A DNA stretch of 58,869 nt, counting the filler, from Sphacelaria rigidula (Eukaryota): NCBI GenBank assembly GCA_964200075.2. It is 4 parts of 4 records of this genome, joined end to end, with 100 filler letters (N's around TTAATTAATTAA, not from the genome) between each part and the next. Parts side by side here need not be neighbours in the genome. Positions count along the whole stretch, not along the records: positions 1 to 14,645 come from CAXNAA020002128.1; 3 more parts are not named here. One strand, given 5' to 3'. Each line of letters begins with the position of its first letter. Position 1 is the stretch's first letter. A program made the translations under genes and the position numbers. Under the pieces are notes generated by a model, which ran no database searches, was not told the DNA's origin, and saw nothing but the letters and a program-made list of their open reading frames with translations. This document shows, one piece after another, positions 1-10,903 of the stretch.

Positions 1-1021
1 GCTTTATTTTCCGGTATCGCCACTTCCCGAGACAGCCACAGCTTATACACTGCCTCATGGGTGCCTCACCATTGCATCGACGCTGCATGGTGCCACCAAC
101 CGAAGGCCATGCAATATTATATCTATGGTGCACGCTGTGAAAAAGATCCTGATGCGGTGGATACCGTCGCCCGTGCAGGTTGGGAAAAGCCTCAAAGGAA
201 GCCGCAGAAGTTCATGTGCATAGCTATGGAAAGTTATCGTATGTGTTTGATATATTTATGGGCCGGAAAATATGGTGACAGAAGAGGCGACCCGGTATAT
301 ATGCCTTCTGACACCTATGTTGCCACCGGTGTGGTGCCGCCCATCCCCTTCACTATGTGATATATCGTGGCTGAAATGTATGACGGCAGAAAACGCGTGT
401 CGATATGCGCCTTCGGGTACGCCTCTGGTCACCTGTGCTGTGTTGGTGATACCCTAGACACTATAATATGTTTCAATATGATACCAATACTTTGTTTTGG
501 AAACAGCGCAAATATTGTCCTTTCAATATATGTTTTGATGAGAATTCCCCGGAGACATTGAAGCAACCACACAAATTTCTCGTGTCATGAGCGTGAAGTA
601 CTGCATGGCAAAATATATTGGACATGAGCTTGCTCCGGGAACGAAACACTCAATATAAGTTGTTCGCGCAGGCCGTCCATGTATTCGAGTGTCAACGTAT
701 GTTTAGTCGAAGCGATGTGTAACATATTGTTGCCGTGATGTACATTGAACACAACCCATGCAAAAGCCTTGTTGTTCCAATATGTATTGCGCAAGTTTAT
801 CGCAGAGCTATCGTGCAGCCAATATATATTGGACACGCTCGCGGAGGAATCTATTGAACATTTCGGGCATTTGGTAATATATCTTTCAATGGCACTCGCG
901 AACATAAGCCTGTCCAGGATACTAATTCCTATATATTTTGTAATATACATATTGAGTCATTTATATATAGTTCCCTCGTGTATTTTTCGCTCGACATATA
1001 TTGGACTCATGGACGCGAGAT

Positions 1022-1198
1022 ATATTGGGTGTTGAGTTTATTGAATCGTCAATATGTATATATACCTTATATGGCAGCCAACATATTACTCGACGAAAAA
1101 ACATTTGCGCCTTCTTGGGTGTTGAGTTTATTGAATCGCCAATATGCACACACACACATATATATACCTCGTGTGGCAGCCAATATATTACTCGACAG
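1022..1198. repeat. Two ~90-bp direct repeats in an AT-rich segment dense in ATATTG/CAATAT
   Basis: ttgggtgttgagtttattgaatcg.caatatg...ggcagccaa.atattactcgac occurs at about 1025 and about 1115. Confidence 0.75.
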
Positions 1199-2420
1199 AT
1201 ATACATTGGCGCCTTGCCGCACCAACATATAATCTACCCGATATATGTTAAGGTTGCGCGTGTCGTGATATATTGTTCGGTCGGTATATACTGCATGTGA
1301 CGAGCCGTGACATATTGATGACACAACATATGCTAACCTGTCTCTCGCGTCATCATATTGCTTTCAAATACAAAACCACCCGGCGCGTCGACATATTGAG
1401 CGGGCGATATATATTAAATATTGTCTCGTCCAGGGTGTGAGCGTTTTGCAGATATTTTCGAGGTCAGCACATCTTTTCCCCAAAACCGGTCTAACAAGAA
1501 CGATGTATGCAGTGACGGATCGTCTATTTTTCACTGCCGAGAATATTCGTACCTATCGTATACATCTATGATGTACCCCCCGAAAAGGTTCGCGATGCTC
1601 TGTCCTGAACGTCCTTGGGCCTCTCACCTATCACGCGTTCCGCCTGACGTTGCACGCTTTCCTGGCAGGACACTTTAAACTGGCTGAAGTATGTGAACAT
1701 CGTGCGCATCACGTAGGCACGATATGAGCGGTACCAGAATTTCTCCGAAAAACCGGTTACATAAATAATGAATACCCACTTGCAGATCTAGTGGCCACTC
1801 AAACGGTATAGTGCTGTGTGTTGGGATGTCAACTGATTGTTATCAGCTTGTATTCCTACGCGCATGCGTTTGAGAATGATGAAATACGTACTGCTGGGCG
1901 CCATGTGCGCGCGCGTGTGTTGACACTCGGCAGATTGTTATTCCTTCCGCATGTGTACATATCAAGTGAACGCGAATATATAGTAAAAAAAAACTGGTAT
2001 TCGAAGATCACGTGAAGCGCCGTTGAGAAAATAAGGGTACCCCTGTTCTATTTCTGACTCTTAAATCGAATGAGATCATAGCACATCAGTAGTTGGAAAA
2101 ACTTGTCAAGTACCTGCGAGTTGAAGATGGGTTCTGTGCGTATGAACCAACTTCCACCTACATTCTTAGTTAGTCCGAAAGTGAAAAGCGATGTGTCCAA
2201 GCGTTGGCAGGGGTGATTCAAACCCGGGTTTATGATTTGACGTGTCTCACCCTGCCACGTGTCCTTCCCACGGCCGAGCACGATATGGCAACGGAATTTG
2301 GGCTGGCCAGTTTCCAGCAGCACATGTATTTTACGTATTTACTATACGGGTCTTCTAGTTGCTTCCGGTATATACCACGGTAGTGAGAGGGCATCCTCGT
2401 GCGCCTAAAATCCTTGGGCA

Positions 2421-2662
2421 GACTCTTCCTACGATAGCCCCCAGAAAGTGCCTGGTTTGGGGAGGGAAGATATTCACATGGATCGAAATGGAAAAAGCCG
2501 AGCACAACAAGCAGCTGGGAATTCCCACGCTTGGGTTCGTTCTGGCCATTGCCGACCATATGAGGCCCTTCATGCAGCCTGAACCCAAGCATCAGACGCT
2601 GTATGTCAATCTTTTTCGTGACACGTTTGGGCTGCTTTTGGGGGGGTATCGTAGAAAGTGTC
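2421..2662. mobile_element. MITE family A, copy 1 (242 bp, TIRs, 4-bp TSD GGCA)
   Basis: Left end gactcttcctacgatagccccc, right end ggggggtatcgtagaaagtgtc. GGCA flanks both ends (2417-2420, 2663-2666). The body is the reverse complement of 17438-17690. Confidence 0.85.
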
Positions 2663-2885
2663 GGCAGTATGTTTGCTATCGGCCAGTGCATATCAAGCAT
2701 GGTCTTGGTGGACGCAGGTATCTCGTGCTCTTGCGAGATATGCGCAGCAAACGCAGTTTCATCATTTCTACTGACGAACTTCACTCGCTCGCACATGTAG
2801 CTCACGAACAGCTTTCCGGCGTTCTGGCGATCGTGCTGTCTGCAGAGGTTGGTTCTCGAAAGAGCACGACGCCGAGAGGAAGCTG

Positions 2886-5843
2886 GTGGCCGACGTGACG
2901 AGGAGAGAATTTTTACCAACGAGGTACTCCAAGCGGCCATCGTACGGTGAGTCAGGCTACGAAGAGGAGTTCTACTCCGAGCACCCAAGGGCAGGAATGG
3001 TGAATGTGAGGGGCAAAAGGTGCGGAAACGATAGCTGTCAAAGGCACCCATCGTATGGTGTGGCGGGGAGCCGCACGGCGGAGTTCTGCTTCGAGCACGC
3101 GAGAGTGGGAATGGTCAATGTTGTCAACAAGAGATGCGACGACAAGAGCTGTGTCGAGCATCCATCGTATGGTGTAAGGGGAGGCAAGAAGGCGGAATTT
3201 TTCTTCGAGCACGCCAGGGCGGGAATGATCGATGTGGTCGACAGGAGGTGCGGCGAGGAGGGCTGTCTCCAGAATTCATCGTACGGTGTAGCAGGAAGCA
3301 AGGAGGGGGAGTTCTGCTCCGAGCACGCCAAGGTGGGAATGGTGAATGTGGTCAACAAGGGGTGCGGCAACGAGAGCCGTGAGAATAATCCTTTTCATGA
3401 TTTAGCGGGAAGCAGGCAGAGAACATCCCGCTTCGGGCACGCCAGGACGAGAACGGTGAATGTGGTCAACAAGAGATGCGGCGAGGAAGGCTGTGTCAAG
3501 CTTCCATCGTATGGCGTTGCGGGAAGCAAGGAGAGGAACTTTCGCTCCAAGCACGCCAGGGCGGGAGTGGTGAATGTAGTCAACAAGCGATGCGGCGACG
3601 AGGGCTGTGTCAAAATTCCATCGTATGGTGTAACGGGGAGCAAGAAGGCGGAGTTCTGCTCCAAGCACGCCAAGGCGGGAATGGTGAATGTGGCCAAGAA
3701 GAGTTGTGGCGAGGAGGGTTGTGTCAAGCTTCCATCGTATGGTGTAGCGAGAGGTAAGACGGCGGAGTTCTGCAGCGAGCACGCCAGATTGGGAATGGTG
3801 AATGTGGTCAGCAGAAGATGCAGCGAGGAGGGCTTTGTCAAGATTCCATCGTATGGTGTACCGGGCAGCAAGAAGGCGGAGTTCTGCTCCAAGCACGCCA
3901 GGGCGGGAATGGTTAACGTGAGGGACAAGAGGTGCGCCAAGGAGAGCTGTGTCAAGCTTCCATCATATGGCGTCGCAGGAAGCAAGGAGAGGAAGTTTTG
4001 CTCCGAGCATGCCAATGCGGGAATGGTGAATGTGGTCAACACGAGATGCGGCGAGGAGGGCTGTGTCAAGATTCCATCGTATGGTGTAACGGGGAGCAAG
4101 AAGGCGGAGTTCTGCCTCAAGCACGCCAGGGCGGGAATGGTGGGCGTGGTCAAGAAGAGGTGCGGCGAAGAGGGCTGTGTCAAGCTTTCATCATATGGTG
4201 TAGCGGGAGGTAAGACGGCGGAGTTTTGCTCCAAGCACGCCAGGGCGGGAATGGTTAACGTGAGGGACAAGAGGTGCGCCAAGGAAGGCTGTGTCAAGCT
4301 TCCATCGTATGGCGTAGCGGGAAGCAAGGAGAGGAAGTTTTGCTCCGAGCACGCCAGGGCGGGAATGGTGGACGTGGTCAACACGAGATGCGGCGAGGAG
4401 GGCTGTGTCAAGATTCCATCGTATGGTGTAACGGGGAGCAAGAAGGCGGAGTTTTGCCTCAAGCACGCCACGGCGGGAATGGTGGACGTGGCCAAGAAGA
4501 GGTGCGGCGAAGAGGGCTGTGTCAAGATTCGATCGTATGGTGTAGCGGGAGGTAAGACGGCGGAGTTCTGCTGCGAGCACGCCAGGGCGGGAATGGTGAA
4601 CGTGGTGAATAAGAGGTGCGGCGATGACAGCTGTCTCAGGTTTCCATCGTATGGTGTAGCAGGGAGGAAGAAGGCGGCCTTTTGCTCCAAGCAGGCCACG
4701 GCGGGAATGGTGAGAGTGATCAACAAGGGGTGCGGCAATGAGAGCCGTGAGAAGCATCCATTTCAAGGTGCAGCGGGAAGCAAGAAGAGAACATTCGGCC
4801 TTGGGCACGCCAGGGCGGGGATGGTGGACGTGGTCAACCAGAGATGCGGCGAGAAGGGCTGTGTCAAAAATGCTTCGTATGGTTCAGCAGGAAGCAGGAA
4901 AAGAGAATTCTGCTCCGAGCACGCTAGGGCGGGAATGGTGAATGTGGTCAACACGAGATGCGGCGAGGAGGGCTGTGTGAAGCTTCCATCGTATGGTGTA
5001 ACGGGGAGTAAGAAGGCGGAGTTTTGCCTCAAGCACGCCAGGCCGGGAATGGTGAACGTGAGGAACAAGAGGTGCGGCGAGGAGGGCTGTGTCAAGTTTT
5101 CATCGCATGGTGTAGCGGGGAGCAAGAAAGCGGAGTTCTGCTGCGAGCACGCCAGGGCAGGAATGGTTGACATTAAACATGTCAAGTCCGGCGAGGAAGG
5201 ATCCTCCGAGCCATGTATATCTACGAGGCGCAACCGTGATGAGGCCCAGTTTTGCCGACAGCATACTACTGCACAAAACACAGCTGAAGTGTACGACGCC
5301 GCACACCTCAACACTATGGTGGCCACCTCCAGCCGAAGCCCGGCGGACGCTGGTGGAGGAGTCGTTGCTGACGTACGTGGAATAAAACGCAAACACGACG
5401 AGTGCCCAGGCTCTGGTTCATGTGCCGTTGTTGGCACTCACCGCTGTGTCTATCCCAGTCCAAGGCCGGGGGGTACAATGCTACCGTTGCTTCCAGCACA
5501 GATTTCCACGGGTGCTGATGGTGGGGTGTCTCCAGATGCAAAGGCAGGAGCAGGAATAAAGGTAGAGCCGGCAGTCTCTTTTTCAGCGCGCTGTGGCACT
5601 TGGGTAAGTGAATGCAGGGAACAAGCTACCTGTTCAAGTGGTTCGAGCAGCGTAGGTGTCGGTAGTAGCTCCAGTAGCAGGAATACTGGTGTGGGTCCGG
5701 GATGGCTACATGGTTCGTCGGTAGTGGTGTCTGGGTGTCTTGGCACGTTTGGTAATGTGCAGGCTTGGGAGGCCGAGATGAATTCGAACGTCAAGTTGGA
5801 ACCAGGAGTGTCCAGCCTCCCTCCTTGGACGTCCGACAAGTGA
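2886..5843 (+). CDS. EsV-1-7 cysteine-repeat protein (tandem C-x4-C-x16-C-x2-H units) with a low-complexity C-terminal tail
   Basis: 985-codon open frame. It has 19 full 38-aa (114-nt) units, consensus GMVNVVNKRCGEEGCVKLPSYGVAGSKKAEFCSEHARA, from 2994 to 5159, with a degenerate unit on each side. This matches my recollection of the EsV-1-7 repeat of brown algae and phaeoviruses. The start is uncertain: 2886 is GTG, the first ATG is at 2997, and a possible splice acceptor (tgtctgcag) ends at 2845. Confidence 0.88.
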   Translation: MADVTRREFLPTRYSKRPSYGESGYEEEFYSEHPRAGMVNVRGKRCGNDSCQRHPSYGVAGSRTAEFCFEHARVGMVNVVNKRCDDKSCVEHPSYGVRGGKKAEFFFEHARAGMIDVVDRRCGEEGCLQNSSYGVAGSKEGEFCSEHAKVGMVNVVNKGCGNESRENNPFHDLAGSRQRTSRFGHARTRTVNVVNKRCGEEGCVKLPSYGVAGSKERNFRSKHARAGVVNVVNKRCGDEGCVKIPSYGVTGSKKAEFCSKHAKAGMVNVAKKSCGEEGCVKLPSYGVARGKTAEFCSEHARLGMVNVVSRRCSEEGFVKIPSYGVPGSKKAEFCSKHARAGMVNVRDKRCAKESCVKLPSYGVAGSKERKFCSEHANAGMVNVVNTRCGEEGCVKIPSYGVTGSKKAEFCLKHARAGMVGVVKKRCGEEGCVKLSSYGVAGGKTAEFCSKHARAGMVNVRDKRCAKEGCVKLPSYGVAGSKERKFCSEHARAGMVDVVNTRCGEEGCVKIPSYGVTGSKKAEFCLKHATAGMVDVAKKRCGEEGCVKIRSYGVAGGKTAEFCCEHARAGMVNVVNKRCGDDSCLRFPSYGVAGRKKAAFCSKQATAGMVRVINKGCGNESREKHPFQGAAGSKKRTFGLGHARAGMVDVVNQRCGEKGCVKNASYGSAGSRKREFCSEHARAGMVNVVNTRCGEEGCVKLPSYGVTGSKKAEFCLKHARPGMVNVRNKRCGEEGCVKFSSHGVAGSKKAEFCCEHARAGMVDIKHVKSGEEGSSEPCISTRRNRDEAQFCRQHTTAQNTAEVYDAAHLNTMVATSSRSPADAGGGVVADVRGIKRKHDECPGSGSCAVVGTHRCVYPSPRPGGTMLPLLPAQISTGADGGVSPDAKAGAGIKVEPAVSFSARCGTWVSECREQATCSSGSSSVGVGSSSSSRNTGVGPGWLHGSSVVVSGCLGTFGNVQAWEAEMNSNVKLEPGVSSLPPWTSDK
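2994..5273 (+). repeat. 114-bp coding tandem repeat array, about 20 units
   Basis: The motif gggaatggtgaa(t/c)gtg...ccatcgtatggtgta...gagttctgc...gcacgccagggc recurs every 114 bp with no indels. Confidence 0.95.
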
Positions 5844-5947
5844 TCGATAATGCCACCTATGATGAATTTGACGTTTAAATTCTCCACGGAGTATACCGGC
5901 GTGTGCTAGCGTTGACCATTTCCACTCTTGAACGAGGAGCGACTGGT

Positions 5948-6380
5948 AACACGGGATTTCACAAATTGGGGATGGCTCTTTTATTCGAAATGAAGACCCC
6001 GAGAAATTAAATCTTCGTATCCACCCCAAAATATATCGAACTATGCTTTTATTCTCTCACATGCTGGTAGCTGTTGACAACTACTACACGCCATACAAGT
6101 TTGGATCTCGATAACCAAAATATCGGGGTCTTAGATGAAGAACCAATTTTGGCGTTCAATCGGACACCTGAAATCCCCCAAAGTTGTTCTTTCACATAGG
6201 ACCCCGATATTTCGGTTATCGAAATATAAATTTGTATGGCGTGTAGTAGTTGTCAATAGCAACCAGAATGTGAGAGAATGGAAGCATACGTGGACTATTT
6301 GGTGTGGATACGAAGATTTCGATTCTCCGGGTTTTCATCCCCAATAAAATATCCATCCCCAATTTGTAAAATCCCGTGTT
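5948..6380. mobile_element. Palindromic fold-back MITE (433 bp, 4-bp TSD TGGT)
   Basis: aacacgggatttcacaaattggggatgg pairs with ccatccccaatttgtaaaatcccgtgtt. Pairing continues inward for about 200 bp (ttgacaactactacacgccatacaa / ttgtatggcgtgtagtagttgtcaa). TGGT lies at 5944-5947 and 6381-6384. Confidence 0.88.
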
Positions 6381-7894
6381 TGGTACTGAGTATTTTATTT
6401 GTCAGTTGACTGCTGCCGAGATAGCCCCCCCCCCCCCCCCACCCGCCCGGAAAGAGCACGGGGGGGCGGGTCGGAAATACTGGTATGGGTGGGTTTTTGG
6501 TTCTCGACGNNNNNNNNNNGTATTTTATTGGCCCGTGGACTGTCGCCCAGATGCCCCCCCCCCCCCCCCCGAACCGGCCGGAAAAGTGCACGGAGGCGAT
6601 GATCGTAAATGCTGTTAGAGCTGGTTTCGTGCTTCACGACGCGACTCATTTGGGCGTTATAGATGATTTCGGACTGCTACAACGCGGTCATGTGGGCGGA
6701 ATCGCTGCAAACGAGCCCAATACTGGGATCGCGTCCGGTTTGTCGTACGGTCTCCCGTGCACTTTTTGTTGGGGGGCTATCTCGGCATTAGTCAGTTAAG
6801 GGGTGTTTGTGAGGTTGTATGCACCTTATACTCCGGAGTTAAGTTTCACCAGAGGTTCTATTCGAAACGTGGATATTGTAGGTACGATGGCCACATGCTG
6901 CACAAGTTGACCAACAGTAGGCGTGCTGTAGCTGTCGGTCCCCCGATGAATCGTGACACTACTGTTGGACTTGATATTCGTACGTAAACTCTTTTCAATT
7001 TTTATTGAATGACGTAGTGAGTATTTCCAGTCTCACGTACGAGTACCAGGATGGAGACACGAAGATTGAGGGTGGTCCGGTAATCCGTCACATTTGTTTC
7101 TCTGATGCCAGCATTAGTACATTCGCACAGTAGTACACAGAAGATGTTTGACTGAGTTTTTACTCCTCGCAATCAAGTAATCCCCGCGACATCTAGTCAG
7201 GATAACAAGAGAGACGTCCCAATGTAAAAACAAAACGAAAACGGTCACCACAGAAAAGAACTGGTTCGGACGAAAGACAATCAAAACAAACCAGAGGGAG
7301 GAAGAAAAGGGAAGAAAGGAGAGCGGTGCCGATGGGAAACAAACTAAACAAATTGAGTTGGCCGGCCTCTGTGGCATGGTTCAGCTGAAGGAAGATCGTG
7401 CGCGAAGACACGCGTGTGTACGAAGGTCACGAGTGCAGACTGTAATTCAGCCATTTCGCAACCACACAATTTGGGGATCATACCGTTCCTCTCGTTGGTA
7501 TACTCGGGGGGGGGGGGGGGGGGGGGGGTTTTTCCCCTTGGAAAGGTTTGCCCGGGTTTTGGCCTTCAAAAGGTAATTTACGTTTTTTTCCTTTTGTGTA
7601 TNNNNNNNNNNCCACTTCTCCCCCACCGCGCCGCCCGCGCGCTCGTCTTCTCTCCCTGGGTGGGTGGGGGGGGGGGGGGGGGGGGGGGGGGGGGTGGCGT
7701 GTTTTCCACTTGGAAACGTTTGACACGGTTTTGGCCTTCAAACAGTAATTATCGTTGTCTCTCGTCTGGATACTTGACACTATCCCACCGAGAGGGATCA
7801 AGCTCACTATCCCGATTCGCCTGGGTAAATACTTGCGAGCATATGAAGCTGTATGTTCAGATGCCAGTCATGGAACGTCGGGGTCAGAGGAATC

Positions 7895-9677
7895 CGAAAC
7901 TTCCATATTCACGAAGTGAAATTGGTTTCTACTGCGGGTAAAAGTTCGACTAACTGGCTTTTTGCGACTCCGTTTTTGCGCCAGGATTCATGCGACCTGA
8001 TTCTTGCGATAGCTTTTTTGCTACATGTTTTCTACTCCAAAACCCCTATGAATTTTGTGTTTTAGGGATGACTTCGTCACACACATACCAAACGCATCCT
8101 GCTCCGAGGGAAACATGGACAAACAGCAGTTACCGTTGCCCACCTCCTCTCATCCTCCGAGTCGAAATCTTGAGTGAAAACCTCTAGCATGTGGTGCCCA
8201 TGTACAAGGATGATCTTCATCTCGTGTCATGCTCCGAAACGTACCTGACAAGGGGGCAACACCCTCGTATAGACAGTAGCAATGCTAGCGGATCCTACGT
8301 CCTGAGAGTCTGTGTCGGTCTGGCAGCCGGCAAGGTGGTATGGTAGTGTCCTTCTAGCGATATCAACTTACAGTGCACTGGAGCAGAGTTTGCAGGTGTA
8401 TATTTCGGCGATTGCCTCACCTGCAGTTCGCCCAGTTGCGGTTTTTTCTCGATATTACCGAGTCACATCACATACATGTACAGGTGGGAACGTACCAGCA
8501 TCTCCGTCACATCATCAGTCGAGATGTACCAGACCCTCATTGTGTTTGGAAACGTACCCAACTATGGCCATAGCTTTCTACAGACAGTACGCCCACGTTG
8601 TTGGAAGTGCACTGCGCAAAGTCAGAAAGCTGTGTGCGTTGTCGTCCCATACATTTTGGACGCCGGTCTCCACCTTTCAGTATATGTGGGCGCACCAGCC
8701 GCGGCAGTGTTACCATTCAGCTTCGCCTAAGATACTGGCAGCCATTACAGCGGCGCAAGCGGCCTTTCACCCCTGCTTGCGCCGCCTGGGACAAACGCAC
8801 GCTGCAGCTGCAACACGGACAGCTTTCCAAAATGTGACGTAGCATCATAGCGCGTGGCGAGCAGGTTTATACCCTGCGTACACGTTGGCTGCGATACAAG
8901 TGGGTGCATTCATGATGTGGCGAACTGTATAGGACAACGTGACATCAATGCAGGACAGGGATAGGCTGAGGATGTCGCACCCTGTGTTGTTCTTTGTCAC
9001 CCTGCACCCTGCCGCTGTGCAGTAAGCAGGTAGTACCGCCGAACGCGTCTCGCTGCGGTTGGATCGAAGTGTCGCCTACACACCCATGAGGTAACCAACC
9101 TCTTAGTTGAATGAAATAAAACGCACTCATTTAAATCGAACGCGCCGAGCGCATTATTTCGAGAAGGAAGCGCGCTACTCGTAGCGCGAGCGTGATTTTC
9201 CGTGTTGCCGACATCGTGCCAGCGCGCATGTGTACTACAGCGTTGTTCTCTTCTGTGGCAGCCCGTCACGGTATTTCTCCTCATGTTTCATCACGCTTTA
9301 TTCGAAAACACGCAGAAGGGATACCGGCGAGTCCATCGTTGTTGTAGTGAGAGGTATTGCGAACCAGTTTTGTGTTGGTCCAGTACTGCCGATGCTGCGT
9401 GCTGTACCAGAATGTGCACCGTCACATACTCAAAAACGGATACGCATGACATAAACGCAATCGACCTGCTTTGGTTATCATGGACGGTAAATTGTATACG
9501 AGGCGCGGGAAGCGTAGTGCTTGTCAAGGAATGCAAGGACGCAATCAAACTGCAGTACAGGCAGTTTTTTATATTAGCATGAAACACGTTATTCGAATGA
9601 GACAAGACGAATCATTTACATTATTATACATGGGCGTTTTGGCACTGAAACGAGTTTACCGGTCCCTCCACCACCTA
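7895..9677 (+). repeat. ~1.8-kb dispersed repeat, family R, copy 1 (unclassified)
   Basis: Colinear with 12540-14365 throughout, e.g. agacagtagcaatgctagcggatcc, gggcgcaccagccgcggcagtgttaccattcagcttcgcc and tgggcgttttgg..ctgaaacg. Ends are approximate. Confidence 0.85.
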
Positions 9678-10816
9678 CGCTAAGGATTTATATGTATATA
9701 TATATATACCACGTGTAGATGCAAGATGAATGAGTTGCGGACAGACCTTCATGTTAGAGTAGAAGGGCCCAACCGAGACCACTCCGGTTTCACCACCGAA
9801 ATCGGAGACCGCAACGTCACAAATCCCGAAATAAATTGAAATTGGAAGGGCCCTGGACATAGGGCAATCTATATTTAGATGTATCGGGGTGCTATATACC
9901 GTCGTGCCGCCAGCCGAGTACGAGGTAAATCGTGTTATATTATGCAGTTATGACCAGTGAGCACGTAACAACTCAAAATAGCCACAACACGAGAATTCCA
10001 GACCGTTTTGGGAGGGAGTACTCCAACACTAAGTGCTGTTGAAACATTTCACGCCCGGATACTTTTGTAAGAAGCAATGGGTGAACATATCTGCCCCCGT
10101 GCTTCCCGTGCATAGTGGTCTACTCATGGGCGACGTACAGATATAACGCGTCGATCTACCTCGCACTCGGCTGGCTGCATGACTGTATATAACACCCCCA
10201 TATATCTAAAAATAAACAGACAGGCATCCACATTGTATAACCATACGTATAGCGCATGCCACCGTGCTATCTCTGTAGTATACAGGCCATCATACACGTC
10301 TGCACGGCATGGTGCCCTCCTGGACGGTATTGTACAGTTCAGTACAGCACATTACACGCGTGTCGTGTTGTGGCAGAATCCTTCGTATATCTCGATGTTC
10401 TTGTGATCAGTTTTGGCCAGCACGAGGAAGACGGCGTTTTCAGGACTGTAGTGTACACAGTAGGAGGGTATACGCCGCTCTTGCATCATCACCACAGCTG
10501 AGCTCAGTCGTGTGAACGTACACTCGCAGTGAGTGTATGGGATTTGGCAGCAGCATATGTTGCTGAAAGTCTCCCTTTTGCCCAAAGTGACATGTGAATC
10601 AGGAGCAAAACGATGGCTTTACAACAATTTTTTATGCCTCTGAAAAATCTCATACGGCCGATTAAGGTAAAGTATGTTCGACTTGCACAGCTGAGGCTGA
10701 TCGCAATAAGTGCCCATATTGCCCAATTTCTGGATAAATCGGTGGCCAATGTAAGAACTTATTTCGAGTAGCTTCTGCTGTAAAAACTCTAATTCTGCCA
10801 GTGTATGGGATTCGTC

Positions 10817-10903
10817 CAGCAGAAGCTCTGTGAAATATATCCTATTTTTGCCCAATTTCCAGTATTGGGCAAAAAAATTATTTATTTCAAAGAGCTTCTG
10901 CTG
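10817..10903. repeat. 87-bp imperfect hairpin
   Basis: cagcagaagctct...tttttgcccaat pairs with attgggcaaaaa...agagcttctgctg around a 7-nt loop. Confidence 0.75.

Noticed and set aside
2048..2323. 91-aa minus-strand ORF upstream of the EsV-1-7 gene
   Set aside because: Non-ATG start and no recognisable motif; cannot be told from a chance ORF.
3395..4738. 447-aa antisense ORF and other overlapping ORFs across the EsV-1-7 array
   Set aside because: Expected shadow of a stop-free 114-bp repeat unit; there is no independent evidence of coding.
6390..6615. Apparent tandem duplication around poly-C and a 10-N gap (also 7500-7740 and 45100-45255)
   Set aside because: Noisy versions of the same sequence on either side of a gap at long G/C homopolymers, typical of sequencing or assembly error.
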